This document shows positions 14,989 to 28,655 of a stretch of DNA of 64,000 bases, piece by piece. Positions within the stretch are counted from its first letter, which is position 1; every line of letters begins with the position of its first letter. The notes beneath the pieces are model-generated. The model ran no database searches. It had not been told where the DNA came from and saw only the letters and a program-made list of their open reading frames with translations. This stretch comes from the human T2T-CHM13v2.0 reference genome, Homo sapiens. The position numbers were made by a program, and so were the translations under genes. Location: the NCBI RefSeq assembly GCF_009914755.1, contig NC_060930.1, one strand, 5' to 3'.

Positions 14989-16284
14989 AGAAAGCCAGTT
15001 CTTGGCTTCTGCCTTGAAGATGCTGGGCCTAAGAAGCGTGTTCAAATGGCACTGGGTAGCAATGAAGTAGGACGAATATCTACTACATACATCAATAACA
15101 AAATCAGTTAAAAATACTCCCAAAATACAAACATATGAATAGTGGGCAAAAGTGCCCTTTATTGTTACTTGTTGGCAAAAGAAAGAACCAATTTCCTGCC
15201 AGATCATGGCATTTGAGACTATGGAAAAAGGCCTGGAACATCAGGAAATTAGGCATGCACACACACACAATGAAAGTGGCTAATGTGAAAGTTAACCAAA
15301 GTAAGTTAACCAAAGCCAGAGACTATAAGTAGATTCCATGAGTTTATACAATCTGAATTAAGCCCAGGACCCAGCAGGCCCAGGAATGTGGTTCCATCTG
15401 TTTCATGGTTGAAAAATTCCCCAGAGAGGCCAAGTGCCTTGATCAAGGGTGTAGGGGAGTCAAGAGCAGAAACTGCCCCGAGTGTTTACCATTAGGAATG
15501 TGTGACCTCATAAGACAGTATTCTCCTTTCTCAGGTAATCTGTCCTTGGGAGCGGTTGTCTGGGGCTTCACAGAATGGCTTTCCTGCTTGAATGGCTTGG
15601 CTAACTCACCTGGTATGCAAAATTGGTTTGGAAATGAGCTAATCATTATATTTTTCACACGGTGACATCCTGGAAAGACCTGCTGTGAGTTCCCACTAGG
15701 GAAGTGGAAACTTCCTAGCTACCTTCTCATAGGCAGGTGGCTATGTCCCAGCACACAGATGTTAGGACACTGCTCAGAGGAGCAGCATGTGTCAGCAGCA
15801 CATGGCTTGGCAGGAGCCAGGAGTCTAAGCAGTAAATATCAAGGGAATGATTTGTCAGAATAGCACCCCAAGTGCAGGGGAAGTGAGAGGAGGCGTAGTG
15901 GTAGAATTAGGGAATGAGTTCTGTCTACATCCAGGGCTTCCACCTGAGGACTCGAGTCTGCAACCACAAAAACCTTTCTATGGACCTGGCAACAAAGTCC
16001 TAAGCTTCAGCCCCTGTGAATATTTCAACACATGCAGGATAGGAATATTAATAACCTGGATTCACATCAGAATGTTCTCCAAGTAATTCAGAATGCTTCA
16101 TTTTACAGCTCAACCCTGAGGTTGCCAGATCTCAGTGCTTCATGGAATGGACAGTGACAGGTGAATATGGCCACTCTCACTGAAGGCAGCTCCTCCAACC
16201 TCATAACCATTTACAGCAAAGGCCAAGCCCCCAGCTCCAGGCATCATGCCACATTCGTTCAATTCCTTCTTGGAAGGGTACCTA

Positions 16285-16482
16285 GGTCAGCGATCAGCTC
16301 ACACCTGTTTTTGTAGATGAGGTGTTACTAGAACACAGGTATGTCCATTTGTTTACATGTTGTCTACAGCTGCTTTTATACTACAAAGGCATAACTGGGT
16401 AGCTGCAACAGAGACTGTATAGCCTTTAAGGTCTAAGACATTCACCCTGTGACTCTTTACAGAGGACATTTGCTGACCTCAA
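16285..16482. mobile_element. MER58A-like hAT-Charlie DNA transposon
   Basis: cacctgtttttgta...ccatttgtttacatgttgtctacagctgc...ctttacagaggacatttgctgacctc. Confidence 0.7.
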
Positions 16483-16967
16483 CCTAGGCTATGAGAGCTC
16501 CAAGGCCATTCACCAAGTATATTGTAAACTCCCTGAGAGCAGAGTCCCTTTGGAACCTCCCATGGGACCTCACACAGTGAGGTACACAAGAGAATCAAAG
16601 AATCAACTTTTAGAGCTGAAAGGGACCTCGGGTATCATTTTATCCAACCCTTTTATTTTAGAGATGAAGAAACCCAAGCTGCCAGTTGAAAATAACAGAA
16701 TGGCAGAAAGCAGAACCAAAAATCAAGTTTCCTAAACTCCACTGTAATGCTCTATTACTTGACAATTGGTGAATATAAAATAAATGAAAAGATAGGTATG
16801 GATTTACACAGGAATATCATTTGCTGGGTATATGGTGTGTGCCAAATACTATGTGGATGTGGGTATTTCAGTTTTGGACCTCAAATCTCAGGAGAAAAGT
16901 GTATGTATACATATTATATATACACATAAAATTTATATGTGTATCCTGTATATTATGTGTGTGTATA

Positions 16968-17422
16968 CAGTTGACCCTTGCAAAACACAAGTTTGAACTG
17001 CACAGATCCACTTATACATGGATAAGTATAAGTGGATCTTCCACCTCTGTCACTCCCGAGAGAATAAGGCCAACCCCTCCTCTTCCTCCTCCTCTTCCTC
17101 CTCAGCCTACTCAATGTGAAGATGAGGAGGATGAAGACTTATGATGACCCACTCCCACTTAATGAATAGTAAATCTGTTTTCTCTTCCTTGTGGTTTTTT
17201 AAATAACATTTTCTGTTATCTCCTTACTGTATTGTAATAATACCATATATAATGCATATAGCCTACAAAATGTGTGTTGACTGTTATGTTATCAGTAAGG
17301 CTTCCCATCAGTAGTAGGCTATTAGTAGTTAAGATTTTAGGAAGTCAAAAGTTACACATGGATTTTCAACTTGTATGGAGGGGTCAGTGCCCCTAACCCC
17401 CACGTTGTTTGGAGGTTAACTG
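16968..17422 (+). mobile_element. Tigger2a (MER28)-type DNA transposon, complete non-autonomous copy
   Basis: TIRs cagttgacccttg... / ...ggaggttaactg flanked by TA on both sides; internal cctcagcctactcaatgtgaagatgaggaggatgaagac signature. Confidence 0.88.
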
Positions 17423-17654
17423 TATATATGTAAAACACACACATACTGTGTATGTCTGTGTAATAATAAGATGATGGTGCACATGCTCCTTTGAAGGAGA
17501 CACCCACCGTGAGGGGAGTATCCATCTGATTTGTGACTTCAGGGTCACCATTTTTAGTTGTTACCACCTGTTCATCTGAACCCAGGTGATGGAAGTCAGC
17601 ACCAAACCGAAGGAGCAGAGCCATGCATGGATGGTCTTTGTCTTTCATCCCTGG

Positions 17655-18011
17655 TGTATTGGTTTGTTTTCATGCTGCTATGAAGAAATACCCAAGACTG
17701 GGTAATTTATAAAGAAAAGAGGTTTAATTGACTCACGGTTCCGCAGGGCTGGGGAGACCTCAGGAAACTTACAATCATGGTAGAATGCACCTCTTCACAG
17801 GGCAGCAGGAGAGAGAATGACTGCCAGCAGGGGAAATGCCAGACACTTATGAAACCATCAGACTCGTAGACTCACTCACCATCACGAGAACAGCATGGGG
17901 GAAACAACCCCCAAGATTCAATTACCTCCCATCGGGTCTCTCCCTTGACACATGGGGATTATTACAATTCAAGGTGAGATTTGGGTGGGGATGCAGAGCC
18001 AAACCATATCA
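17655..18011 (-). mobile_element. MSTA/THE1D-type MaLR solo LTR
   Basis: tgtattggtttgttttcatgctgctatgaag...gagatttgggtggggatgcagagccaaaccatatca. Confidence 0.88.
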
Positions 18012-20821
18012 CAGAGCCTCTTTTTCCAGCTCTTCATTGACCATCCCCCATGTCACAAACCTCTTGTCAACTAGGTGCATCTGATAACCACTCTTTGAAA
18101 TGAAGTCTGGGTATTCCTTCACTCTACAGTGTTCACCAACAAGGCATTCCCTTTGAGAGGCATTTTTCTCCCACTCTAGAATGAAAGTTGCCTCGCCCTA
18201 GTTAGAGCAATTCTTGGCATACAGATGGAAAATGCTTTCTGAGGAGTGTTAGGCCTAGATAAGCCTCTTATCATCCTTTAGGGTGACCTTAACTGGGAGA
18301 GGAACCAGAAGAGATAGTCCATGGTTTTTCTCCAGCAGTGTCCTTACTCTCCTGGGGTAGGTGGGTACCAAGAGAAGGTCCTGGGGTCTTGACTGGGTGG
18401 AGAGCCTGGTGTCCCCCTATCACCTGCTCTGGAATCTGCCCTAGCAACAGGTCTACGGGGGAGAGAGGGGAAGAGGTGGATGGCTTTCTCCCCCTTCTCT
18501 GCCTGAGCTTAGCTGGGCCTCTCCCCTCATGTTGCACACTTGAACTGAACCCCAACTTCTTCCCTGGCTGTGCTGCAAAACGCTGCTTAGTGCCTTCCTG
18601 ATACCAGGTCCCTTGGCTTGGAGCTCCCATAGCCTCATTCTTGCCTTCAGGCCACAGTCCTTCCAAATGCCCAGTGGCTGCCACTCTCCCAGACCCCCAG
18701 GCTGCAAGTTCTGCCAGGTCCCAGCTGGCTTCCCCCACAAGACCCAGGGCCTGGCACCTGGTAGGCTTCAGTAAACAGCTGCCACATGGAAAAGTGCATT
18801 TCAAGTACCTTGACTTCATTTTTTATTGTTTTTAATTATGAACACACATTAAAGGGTTTTGGAGTTAGTCAGAAACCCCAACTCTGCCACTTTCCATGGG
18901 ACCTTGAGCAAAACACCTAACCTTTCTGAAGCCAGATTTCGCATGTAAAACAATCACAATATATCTAAAGGAGTAGGGATACTGGATTAAACAGAGTGTC
19001 ACCACAATATCTGGTGCATAGGAGAGAGATGCTCTGCAAATTATATTTATTATAATGCCTTCCCTGATCCTGCTACCCTTGACCATGGCAAGTGTCTCAG
19101 AAAGACTCAGAAAGTCCTAGCAGTGAGGCTGGACCACCCCCACCCCCCACACCAGGGAGTAAACTCAATCAGCAGCAGCTTTATTCTCACCTCTGCTTTC
19201 AGTCTTCTATGTGGCATTATAACAGCCTAACTTGTCTGGGCCTCAAGGAGGAATGAAGCTGCTAGAATCCTGCGAGGACTCGATGGAATCCATCAAATTC
19301 CATGGACGATATTGTAAATTTCTTTAGATTTATTGTTATATCTCACATTTATAGTGCCTAGTGAATAGTCTGTAATTTTTTTTTGTTGTTGTTGTTGGAC
19401 TCTGCCATACATATCTGTAAATGACTCTAGGTCTTAGAATGGAAGAAGAGCCGACTGGAATAGATGTAAGATTTCTCTCAAGTCAGTGGCTTCATCCTTG
19501 CAAAGATGATTTTCAGAGCTTACTCTAGAATCCTGACTGAGGAACTTGGGCCAATGCCACATCTTGGGCAAACTGGCCAGGGGACAAAATCTGCTCTTGG
19601 TGGCCACACCCACAATGCACAACAGGTACACTTTTTTTTCCCAGTGGCATGCAATACTCCTGGTCTCTCTTACCCACTTCCTTCTGGTCCTCTTCCCTCT
19701 GCCTACTGACCTGATAAAGTAATCCCAGATAATGTGTCAGCTGGGGCTACTGCATCCATAGGTAGCCCATTACAAGTAGCATATGTATATTTTTAAAAGG
19801 ACGTCTAAGAAACATTCCTTAAGCCAAAGGGGTTGATCAAAGAATGGGAGTTCATGTCACTATGGCAGAGAAGTGGGTAGGAGACTTGAGAACAGGTGCG
19901 TCTTTAGGCTGCTCTAACTCACCCAATCTGGTAATTGCCCTGCTTTCTTGTCTAAGTGTTGGGATCTGACCTTGACCTTGGACTATTCATTGCCACCTAT
20001 GGAGAATTAAGGAAAGGCAAAACCTTGGTCATCTCCCTCTTGCTCGCCATTGGGAAAATGCCTTCTGATTTAGCGCAGCAATTTCTCCTCATTAAGCTAC
20101 AAGGGGCTGGGTAAAATGAGGCAGAAGAGAGCACAAATTCTGATGTCAGGGGATGAAGTTTGAAGCCAGGCTCTACAATGTCCTAGCTTTGTGCATTTAT
20201 CCAGATGGGACTCAGTCTGACCTTCAGTTTCCTCATCTGTAAATTGGGAATAGTACCAAGACCTACTCCATGGAATTCAAGGAATCAGCGAAACTAAGGT
20301 GTTCAGAATAGCAGTTAGCCACTGTTGCTATTATTCAATTTCCAAACTGATTCTCTGATTTTGAAAATGCAAAGACACCACTCATGGGACCAAAGAGGAC
20401 TGAGGTGTGAAGACTGGTTTTTCTGTATCATAAGCCACTTCAGTGATCCTCTGTCTCACCTACCCTTTTCCCTCTTCCATCCCCGCTATCTCTTTCCCAA
20501 CATTTTCCTCTTCAAGAACCTTATACTTTGAGGATGGGGATAAATACCTTTGCAAAAACAACAACAACACCAACAACAAAACAATAAACAAGGCTGCAAC
20601 TGTTTTTATAATTCCACGGGCCATGGAGCAGATCCTAAGTCTAAAGGTCACTATATAAAATGACTGAGATGTTATATACCTTGGGGTGACCTGAGAGCAG
20701 TAGAAGACCACTCGCCTACCAAATCTCTCCTACATTTGAATGTCACAGGGCTTTAAATTTCCACTGTTAGACTCACCCCTGTGGGTTTTGGATACTCCCA
20801 TGGGGCCTGGTTAGGTTAAGG

Positions 20822-20990
20822 GCAGTGTTCCCTTAACCAGACTGGGCACAAGAATCACCTGCAGCACTTGTTAAATTACAGGTATCTGGGACCTCCTTCC
20901 CTGAAGACTCTGATTCACACATTTGGGCTGGAGTTTGGAAAATGCCCCAGGTGGTTCTCATGCCTGTGCAAGGCTGGGAAACCCTGTTCT
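20822..20990. mobile_element. MER5-type hAT-Charlie element
   Basis: cagtgttcc...agaatcacctgcagcacttgttaaa...ccccaggtggttct...gggaaaccctg. Confidence 0.6.
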
Positions 20991-21364
20991 GGTGGAGAGT
21001 GGTCAGGTCTGGAGTCCGGATCTCCAGGTTTCTAAGTTTGTATAGAGCAACCCATCATGCAGCCCCTGACAAATCACCTGGTATATGAGAGGATTAACTA
21101 TCTTCCTTCCTCAAAGGATAAGAGACCCAAAAATGTTTCAAAAAACTGTATGTACACACAAGGAACCATTTTAACAGAATATGAGAAATAACGCTGGGAA
21201 AAGGAATGCAAGAATAGTTTCAGTATCAGGTGGAAGCAGTTGAAGTTGATCTAGCAGATGGGGAATCGATGTCATACAGGAGAAGGTTCTTCTTTAGGAA
21301 GATTAAGTGGACAGTATTAAGCATGGTCAACAGGAGGTGAGAGAGGCTGCAGGTGGGATGCCAG

Positions 21365-21750
21365 TTTGTAGTAGGAAACAAGAATACATAACTTAGTTTC
21401 TACGGTAGAGACTAGCTCCAAACCTGCTTCCTCTCTGTCCTTGCAGCACAGTTAGATGACACTTCCCAGCTTCCCTTGCACAGAGGAACAGCCACAGGAT
21501 TGAGCTCTGGACTATGGAAAGTGGGTGGAAGTGATTCGACCATGCAAACCTACCATGATGTCCTCCAACTTCAATCTTCCCTGTGCTGGCTGACTGTAGA
21601 GAGCCCAGCAAAGGAGTTGGCCGTCCCGCAGGGTGGCAGAACTACAGGGTGGAGGGAGTCCAAGTGGGGGAGACCACTCACTAAACACTGCATTGAGCTA
21701 CTGTGTGAAAAAGTTGGTAGGTTGTTGTTTCAGCAGTTGACCTATACCGA
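21365..21750 (+). mobile_element. Old ERVL-type LTR (LTR33-like)
   Basis: cacttcccagcttcccttgca...ctcactaaacactgcattgagctactgtgtg...gttgtttcagcagtt pattern; subfamily uncertain. Confidence 0.45.
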
Positions 21751-22741
21751 CCAAGGCAGTGCCTGACATCTGAACAGTGAAGACTGTAGTTTGCAAAAGG
21801 GGTTCATGTTTCTTATCTTATTTGACTTCATAATAATAATCCTGCCACACAGATCAGATCCCTGTTATATTCACAAAGTACCTGAATGAGGAAAGACCAC
21901 ATAACTTTCCCTACACAGCTCCCCTCTCCCAGAGCCTGTGGGGAAGCCCTGCCCAGAACCTTCAATTCCACAAGTAAAACCTGAGTCATTTGTGACAAAG
22001 GGCCAAGGACATATGGCTCCTTTGGTTTCAGGGGCAAATTCTAAAGACACTGCTGTCTCTAGATTTTATGCTATAACTATAAAATGCCACAGAGAGCAAA
22101 TGTGTAAATGAATAAAAGGCAGGTGAGACGGCCCCTCGTCTTCATCCTTGGTGTTGACGGGGCCCATGCACACTGGCAGCATTAGGAAGCAGACGTGGAC
22201 ATTGACAGGAGAGGAGCCTTGGGCTGGATCAAGAAACCTCTATCTGTTGCCATGACAATCTCCCAAATTGGATGTTTAAGAGAATAACTGGGACATGGTG
22301 TTACTTCGTCTCTATTCTAGGTAATGGGTTCCCAGTTGGACTCCATTCACTGCACATCCTCCCCTCCTTCCCCTTTTGTGTTATTTCTCCAGTCGGACAC
22401 TTGTTTCTTTTCCCTCTTACCATAGAATAACGTTAAACAAAAGTGGAAAAGAAACCATCACCCTGAAGTCCATAGAGGTTGATATAGGATATGGGGTAAC
22501 TGGCACAAAACTTCTACACACCAAAGCCTGTGGGTAACCAGAGACGTGCTGCAAAGGCCTCCCACGCCAAAACACCCTGCCTCAGATGCAGGGCCAAATG
22601 CACCATGTTTAGATAATTAAGCACTTCCCTCTTTTAAACTACAATTGCTCCACAGGCAGGTAGGGGCACAGCAGTCTTCCACTTTATAAACAAAAGTCTG
22701 GATCCCCCAGCTTGCCATCAGAGATGCTTCATGATCTGATC

Positions 22742-23100
22742 TGCTAGATCTAAATGTTTGTGTCCCCCCAGAATTCCTATGCTAAAATTTCATCTCTGAG
22801 GTGTTGGCATTAGCAGGTGGAGGCTTTGGGAGGTGATTAGGTCATGAGGGTGGAGCCCTCACAAATGGGATTAGTGTTCTCATGAGGGGCTGAAGAGAAT
22901 AGAGTTCTCCTCCTCCACAATGTGAGAACCCAGTGAGAAGGTGACAGCTATGAACCACATTGTGGCCGTCACCAGACACCAAATCTATTGGTGCACTGAT
23001 AGACTCCCCAGCCTCCAGAACTGTGAGAAATAAATTTCTGTTGTTTATAAGCTACCTAGTTCATGGCATTTTGTCATAGCAGCTCAAAGAGATTAGGACA
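22742..23100 (+). mobile_element. MLT1A-type MaLR solo LTR
   Basis: tgcta...aatgtttgtgtccccccagaattc...cagcctccagaactgtgagaaataaatttctgttgtttataagc...gcagctcaaagagattaggaca. Confidence 0.85.
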
Positions 23101-23107
23101 GAGCCTA

Positions 23108-23113
23108 TGTGTG

Positions 23114-23146
<33 letters not shown>

Positions 23147-23249
23147 ATACACACACATGTATAAATATATATACATGTATAAATATATATATACATGTAT
23201 AAATATATATATACACATGTATAAATACATATATATATATATATATATT
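23108..23249. repeat. Compound (TA)n microsatellite with repeated TATACATGTATAAA-type units, in the position of the Alu tail
   Basis: Directly visible; adjoins the 3' end of the minus-strand Alu. Confidence 0.9.
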
Positions 23250-23531
23250 TAGATGGAGTCTTGCCCTATCGCCCAGCCTGGAGTGCAATGGCGCAATCTC
23301 GGCCCACTGCAGCCTCCGCCTCCTTGGTTCAAGCGATTCTCCTGCCTCAACTTCCTGAGTAGCTGGGATTACAGGCATGCGCCACCATGTCCAGCTAATT
23401 TTTTGTATCTTTAGTAGAGACGGGGTTTCACCATATTGGCCAGGCTGGTCTCGAACTCTTGACCTCGTGATCTGCCCACCTCAGCCTCCCAAAGTGCTGG
23501 GATTACAGATGTGAGCCACTGCGCCTGGCCC
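23250..23531 (-). mobile_element. AluS-family SINE
   Basis: Full dimeric Alu in antisense (agatggagtcttgccc...ccactgcgcctggcc). Confidence 0.95.
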
Positions 23532-23718
23532 CTAACTTACATTTTTATCTGCCTTCCCAATATCCATTCACACCCTCTTCAGCACAGCCAAGCAGAGCTC
23601 TGAGTTTTCTGGGACACATCCGGGCTTGTCTTGCTTCTGAGCCATTGTTCACATGATTTCCTTTGCCTAGGACATTGCATTTATTTCCTACCTCTTATTC
23701 CTTGATCACCTTGGCTAA

Positions 23719-24059
<341 letters not shown>

Positions 24060-25019
24060 CAAAAGACATTTTTTAAAGCAAGTCCTTATTTCTGTACTTC
24101 TTCTCCATGCTCCCTCCTCTGGGGAACCTCCTCCGTCACCTGTAGCTCTGAGCAGAAGTTCAGATAAAATCCCTAGCCCTGAGCCCCTGTGATCCTCAGC
24201 TCTGATCCTTCAGCATTCTAAGGAACATCTGCACAGGACTGGCCTGCCAGCACTTCAGATTACACCATTCCAAATCAAACGATTTTAATGAACAGCAACT
24301 CCCTTCCTCACAGGATACATAGGCTTTCTTCAGAGTTAAAAGGAAACTTAAAGCTCAATTAGTTTGTCTGTACTCTTCAATTTACAATATCTTAGACAGT
24401 AATGGTCAAGCCCATCAAAGATATCACCATTCTAGATGTGGACACTAACCTTTCCAGGGGTGAATGTACCAGGAAACTGCTGAGTCTTCGGTGTTGGTGC
24501 CCCTAATATACACTATTTGCACAGGCTTCTTCCAAGGCATGCACCTAATTTTGTATTCACTTCTGTATTCCACAACACACTCTGTCTTTTGGCCCTTGTT
24601 TGGACTCACTTGGCCTCCTGATGGGACCACTGGGATAGCCTCCTCACTGACTTCTGCCTCAGGGCTCTCCTTATTCCAACATGGTCACAGTGAATGCAGC
24701 CGTAATAGCAATGGCAAAAACAGCAGCAGCTCACATTTTATCTCACTACTCTTCCTTAAACCCACATAGCGTATATCCCAAAGTGTTAGATTGGGAACTT
24801 ATCTCATCAGAGAAGGTCAGACTGGATGACTTCTGGAAGCTTTTCCAAATAATAAATTCTATGGTTTTATGAATGTTGATCACATTTTATAGAAAAAAAA
24901 AACTTACCCTTAAAGCAAGTCACGCAACCAGTGCGTGGCAGACCTGGAATCCAGATCTTCTTTCTTTTGTTTGTTTGTTTTTTCCTGTTTTTTTTCTTTT
25001 TCTTTTTTTTTTTTTTCCC

Positions 25020-25118
25020 GATTTTCATTTGCACAAATTTATGGGGTACATGAGCAATTTTGTTACATGCATAGATTGTGCAGTTATCAAGTCAGGACTT
25101 TTAGGGTATCCATCATAC
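25020..25118 (-). mobile_element. L1 extreme 3' fragment (L1MA/L1PB-like)
   Basis: aaatttatggggtacatgagcaattttgttacatgcatagattgtgcagt...tttagggtatccatca, preceded by a T-rich tail. Confidence 0.7.
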
Positions 25119-26030
25119 TTTGAGTTCATTGATTTTCCCACTAAAGCATGAAGTCCAGCTATCAATCTTTCTAAACATAACCCAAGTCAATCTCCTATTG
25201 TGTGTAGACACTTCCAGTTACTCCCCACTACTTACAAGGGAGCAGATACCACTTACCTCCCATTCAAGGCCCCCTCCTGCCGCTGTTGTTGGCTTTTTTG
25301 CTGTCCTATTTCCAATTGCTCCTTTCATATACCACTTGCTTCAGACAACCCCGTGTACTCATAAGCCCTGAGCATCCCCATCTCCACACCTTTGCTGGAC
25401 CTGACATGGTTGCTCACTTTTGGCCACCTCTGAATCCTGATCATTCTTCAAGACTCAACTCAGGTCCCACCCTACCCAAAGCTGGGCCTGAAGACACCAT
25501 TTGGGCCACACTGGTCCCATCATATGCATGACTCATTGCATTCCTGTCACTCATGTGCCACTGATGCTTGTTTGCATTGCACTCCTCAGTGGCACTCTCA
25601 CAAGCTACTGGAGCCTGTCTTCTTCTCTGATCTCCCCCAGCCCCCTTCAGCTTTCACAGAGCCTGGCACAGAGTAGGTGCTCTGTAAGCATTTTCATATA
25701 TTGATTGATTGATTATATTTTATCCCCAACTCCCTACATTCTTTATATTACTATCTCCTTCATGCATTGCCATTTAAAATTATGTGTCACTCCTATATAA
25801 TAAAAAATATACAAAGGAAGAAAAGAAAAATTACAAAAGAAAGGTCAAAAGCATTTCTTTCCTCCCTTTTCTGGTTTATTTGAGGTCAATCTGGAGTGAT
25901 TCATGTGAACCAGCATATTGCCTTGGCTACCTCCATCCTGTGAAATGCTTGTTTGAAGTAGCGACTGGACCATATTTTGTCCTTTTGATGCTCCACTGAG
26001 TAGTTCAGCCCTATTTACCCATGGTTTGCA

Positions 26031-26213
26031 CCAGTGGTTCTCAGTCTTTGATGGGCTTCAGAATCACCAGTGGGTAGCTTCTTAAGCATACAGATGCCTG
26101 GGCCTCACCCCACCCTCCTAAATCTGAAACTCTATAGACAGGACCTGGGCAGGTACAAGTGAAGAAGGCAAGTGCAGTGACTCTTTCATGCCCCAAAGGC
26201 TGAGAACCACCAG
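26031..26213. mobile_element. MER5A-like hAT-Charlie element
   Basis: cagtggttctcag...cagaatcacc...gcctgggcctcacccc...ggctgagaaccac with terminal inverted repeats. Confidence 0.75.
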
Positions 26214-26394
26214 CCTACCCATGGTTTACCTCCAGTGCTGCTGGCATGGGAAGAGTCTTTGAATCCCCCTTAAAGACTCTTCCCATGCCAGCAGAGCTAA
26301 AAGAACTTCTAGAAGTTAACAACTCCATTTCTTTTTACAGGGAAGAATTCGTTTCAGTTCAGACAGTAGGCTATTTATCTTATTTGTCCTTAAA

Positions 26395-26528
26395 GAATTT
26401 CACATCTCAGAACTTAGATACTTCTTTCTTGAAAGAAAAGACACGTTTCCAAAGCAGGTTGTCATTTAGCGAACTGGAAGAGAAATGTCCCTGACTGTGG
26501 GAGCTGACCCCTCAGAACACAAGCAGTG
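26395..26528. repeat. Left arm of a long inverted repeat (pairs with 27140-27269)
   Basis: Manual alignment to the reverse complement of 27140-27269: about 15 mismatches plus one 4-bp indel over 130 aligned positions. Confidence 0.93.
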
Positions 26529-27139
26529 TTAGATTTAAGACACCCTGGGTAGAGAGAGTCCTTTACAGAACTACATCTTAGGAAACTCATGCTTAACCAC
26601 TTTGCATCTTTACTATCTCTAGTTCCTCCAGTCTTGACAACAGATACAACTCAGGATGTGTTCTGGGTAATAGTTTTTTAATAGATACCAGAGAGTGAGA
26701 GCCTACGACATTTTCCCCATAATCCTGGTAGATAATACGTGTGCATGTGTGAGTATATTTGATGAGAGCACCTATGGCTATGCATAGCTGGAAGATTGTT
26801 GAGGAAGGGGTAGTAAAATCTGCAAAGAGAACCAGGGATCCTCTTGAAAATAAAGAGGATCCTTTACCCTGGCCTGGCTACCAGGAGCCTTGGGGAAGCA
26901 GTTATGTAGGAGCTTTCTTGGATGAGGGAGCAACTGACAGGAGGAATCAACTTCCCCTGAGTTTGAAGAACCCAGTGGGTCAGGGATCTGCAGTTACCCT
27001 GTAGTCAGTCCAACCACATTACTCCAGACATGGGCTCTAGTGGGCTCCAGCTTATGGAGCAGCAGTCCAGTCAGAGGCAGTCAGATCCAGTGGTGGTTGC
27101 ACTGTACTTCAGTTGCCATTGGTCTGCAGCAATGAGACT

Positions 27140-27269
27140 CACTGCTTGTGTTCTCAGGGGTCAGCTCCAACAATCGGGAACATTTCTCTTCCAGTTCCCT
27201 GAATGACGACCTGCTTTGGAAACTTACATTTTCTTTCAAGAAGTATCTTGGTTCTGAGATGTGAGATTC
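27140..27269. repeat. Right arm of a long inverted repeat (pairs with 26395-26528)
   Basis: cactgcttgtgttctcaggggtcagctcc...gttctgagatgtgagattc is the reverse complement of gaatttcacatctcagaac...ggagctgacccctcagaacacaagcagtg. Confidence 0.93.
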
Positions 27270-28489
27270 AGCTGGTAGGACTGAGCCTCTGACTTCTTGT
27301 ACACATCAAGGGAGGGAAGCCCAAGGGCTTTACTTTTACTTATTGGGCTACATGGAGCCTACAGAGAAAGACTTACTAATAGGCCAGATCCATACTCAGC
27401 TTGAAATGCTGACACCAACTCCATGAAAGATGTGCTGCTGCTATTAGCACTGCACTGGTTAAAACAAAAAAAAAATCTGTGGTCCAGAGAGGTTAAGCAG
27501 CCCATCCTGGCCAACACACTGGTGAACCAGAGCCTGACACCAAAGTTTCACTCTTCCACCACATCTCTTGCCACCACTAACATGGGACCAGCAGCTGACA
27601 ACTCAAAGGGAACCAAGAATGAGAAGTTTTTGACCTAACTGACTGTCTAAATTGACAGACGCTTTGTCTTGCATGGAGGGGGCCAATAAATGCCCAAAGA
27701 GACAACACAAGTCATCAGGGATGCAGGAGCTGACAACACTGGCAGTGGACGTCAGCTTCTGCAGACCCAGTCCTCATTCCCACCACCCTGCCATGGCACT
27801 TCAAATATGCATCATACAACTCTTGACGCTAGCTCTCCAGGGATGTGTTACCAGGAGAAGAAGCACTCACTGCCATAGCAGGGCAGGCAAATTTGTGTAT
27901 TGCGTTATTGACTACAGATCAAAACCTGAAGATAGTGGGAAAGAAAAACACAGTAGCTTAATATGATGAAGGGAACTTTAAAAACCTAGTGAGCTCATGC
28001 TTAGGCAAGCGGCCCAAGGTGACCAGGCAGTCACAGTAGCTCAGGGACATAGAGGCGACACCACAAGATCTGATCCTATCTGTTCTGGAAGTCAGATGAC
28101 CACACCACGAGTCACCACAACTTGTATTGCACCCTGCACCACTCAGAAACTTTTGGGCCACTCAATAAATGAAAGACTAGTCGTTTCCATCAGACAATTA
28201 GCAGAACTCTGTTTTACTTCCCCCATGCTGAATTGATGATTCTTTGACTAGACCAACCCTATACACGATTGTTCTGGAGTCCTGTGGATAGGGCTTAATA
28301 GTTCGTCAGCATCTGTTAACTGGGCAGTGATTGGATGCAAGCTTTCTATCAACAACACTTCTGACCGTGATGCCCTGAGGCTGTTAGAAGTTCTGGACAT
28401 TTAATCAGCATTAGCAAGGCCACCTATGTCAGCGGTGGCAGAAGCTGCCTGCTATTGGACCTGCCTCTGATTATGACTCAGTGGCTCTC

Positions 28490-28655
28490 CACCAGGGCTG
28501 CACGCTGGAGCCACCTGAGAGTGGATATGAAAATATTGTTTCAGGGTCCCACCCACAGACACACTGATGTAATCGGCTTAGGGAGCAAACTGCCATCAGA
28601 AGTTTTAAAATCTCTCTCAATGGATTGAATAGGTAGTGAAGGCTGAGAACCACTG
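28490..28655. mobile_element. MER5A1-like hAT element
   Basis: cagggtcccacccacagacacactgatgtaatcgg...ggctgagaaccactg. Confidence 0.55.

Noticed and set aside
18289-18835. Cluster of overlapping ORFs up to 176 aa
   Set aside because: No domain similarity or splice evidence; consistent with chance in locally GC-richer sequence.
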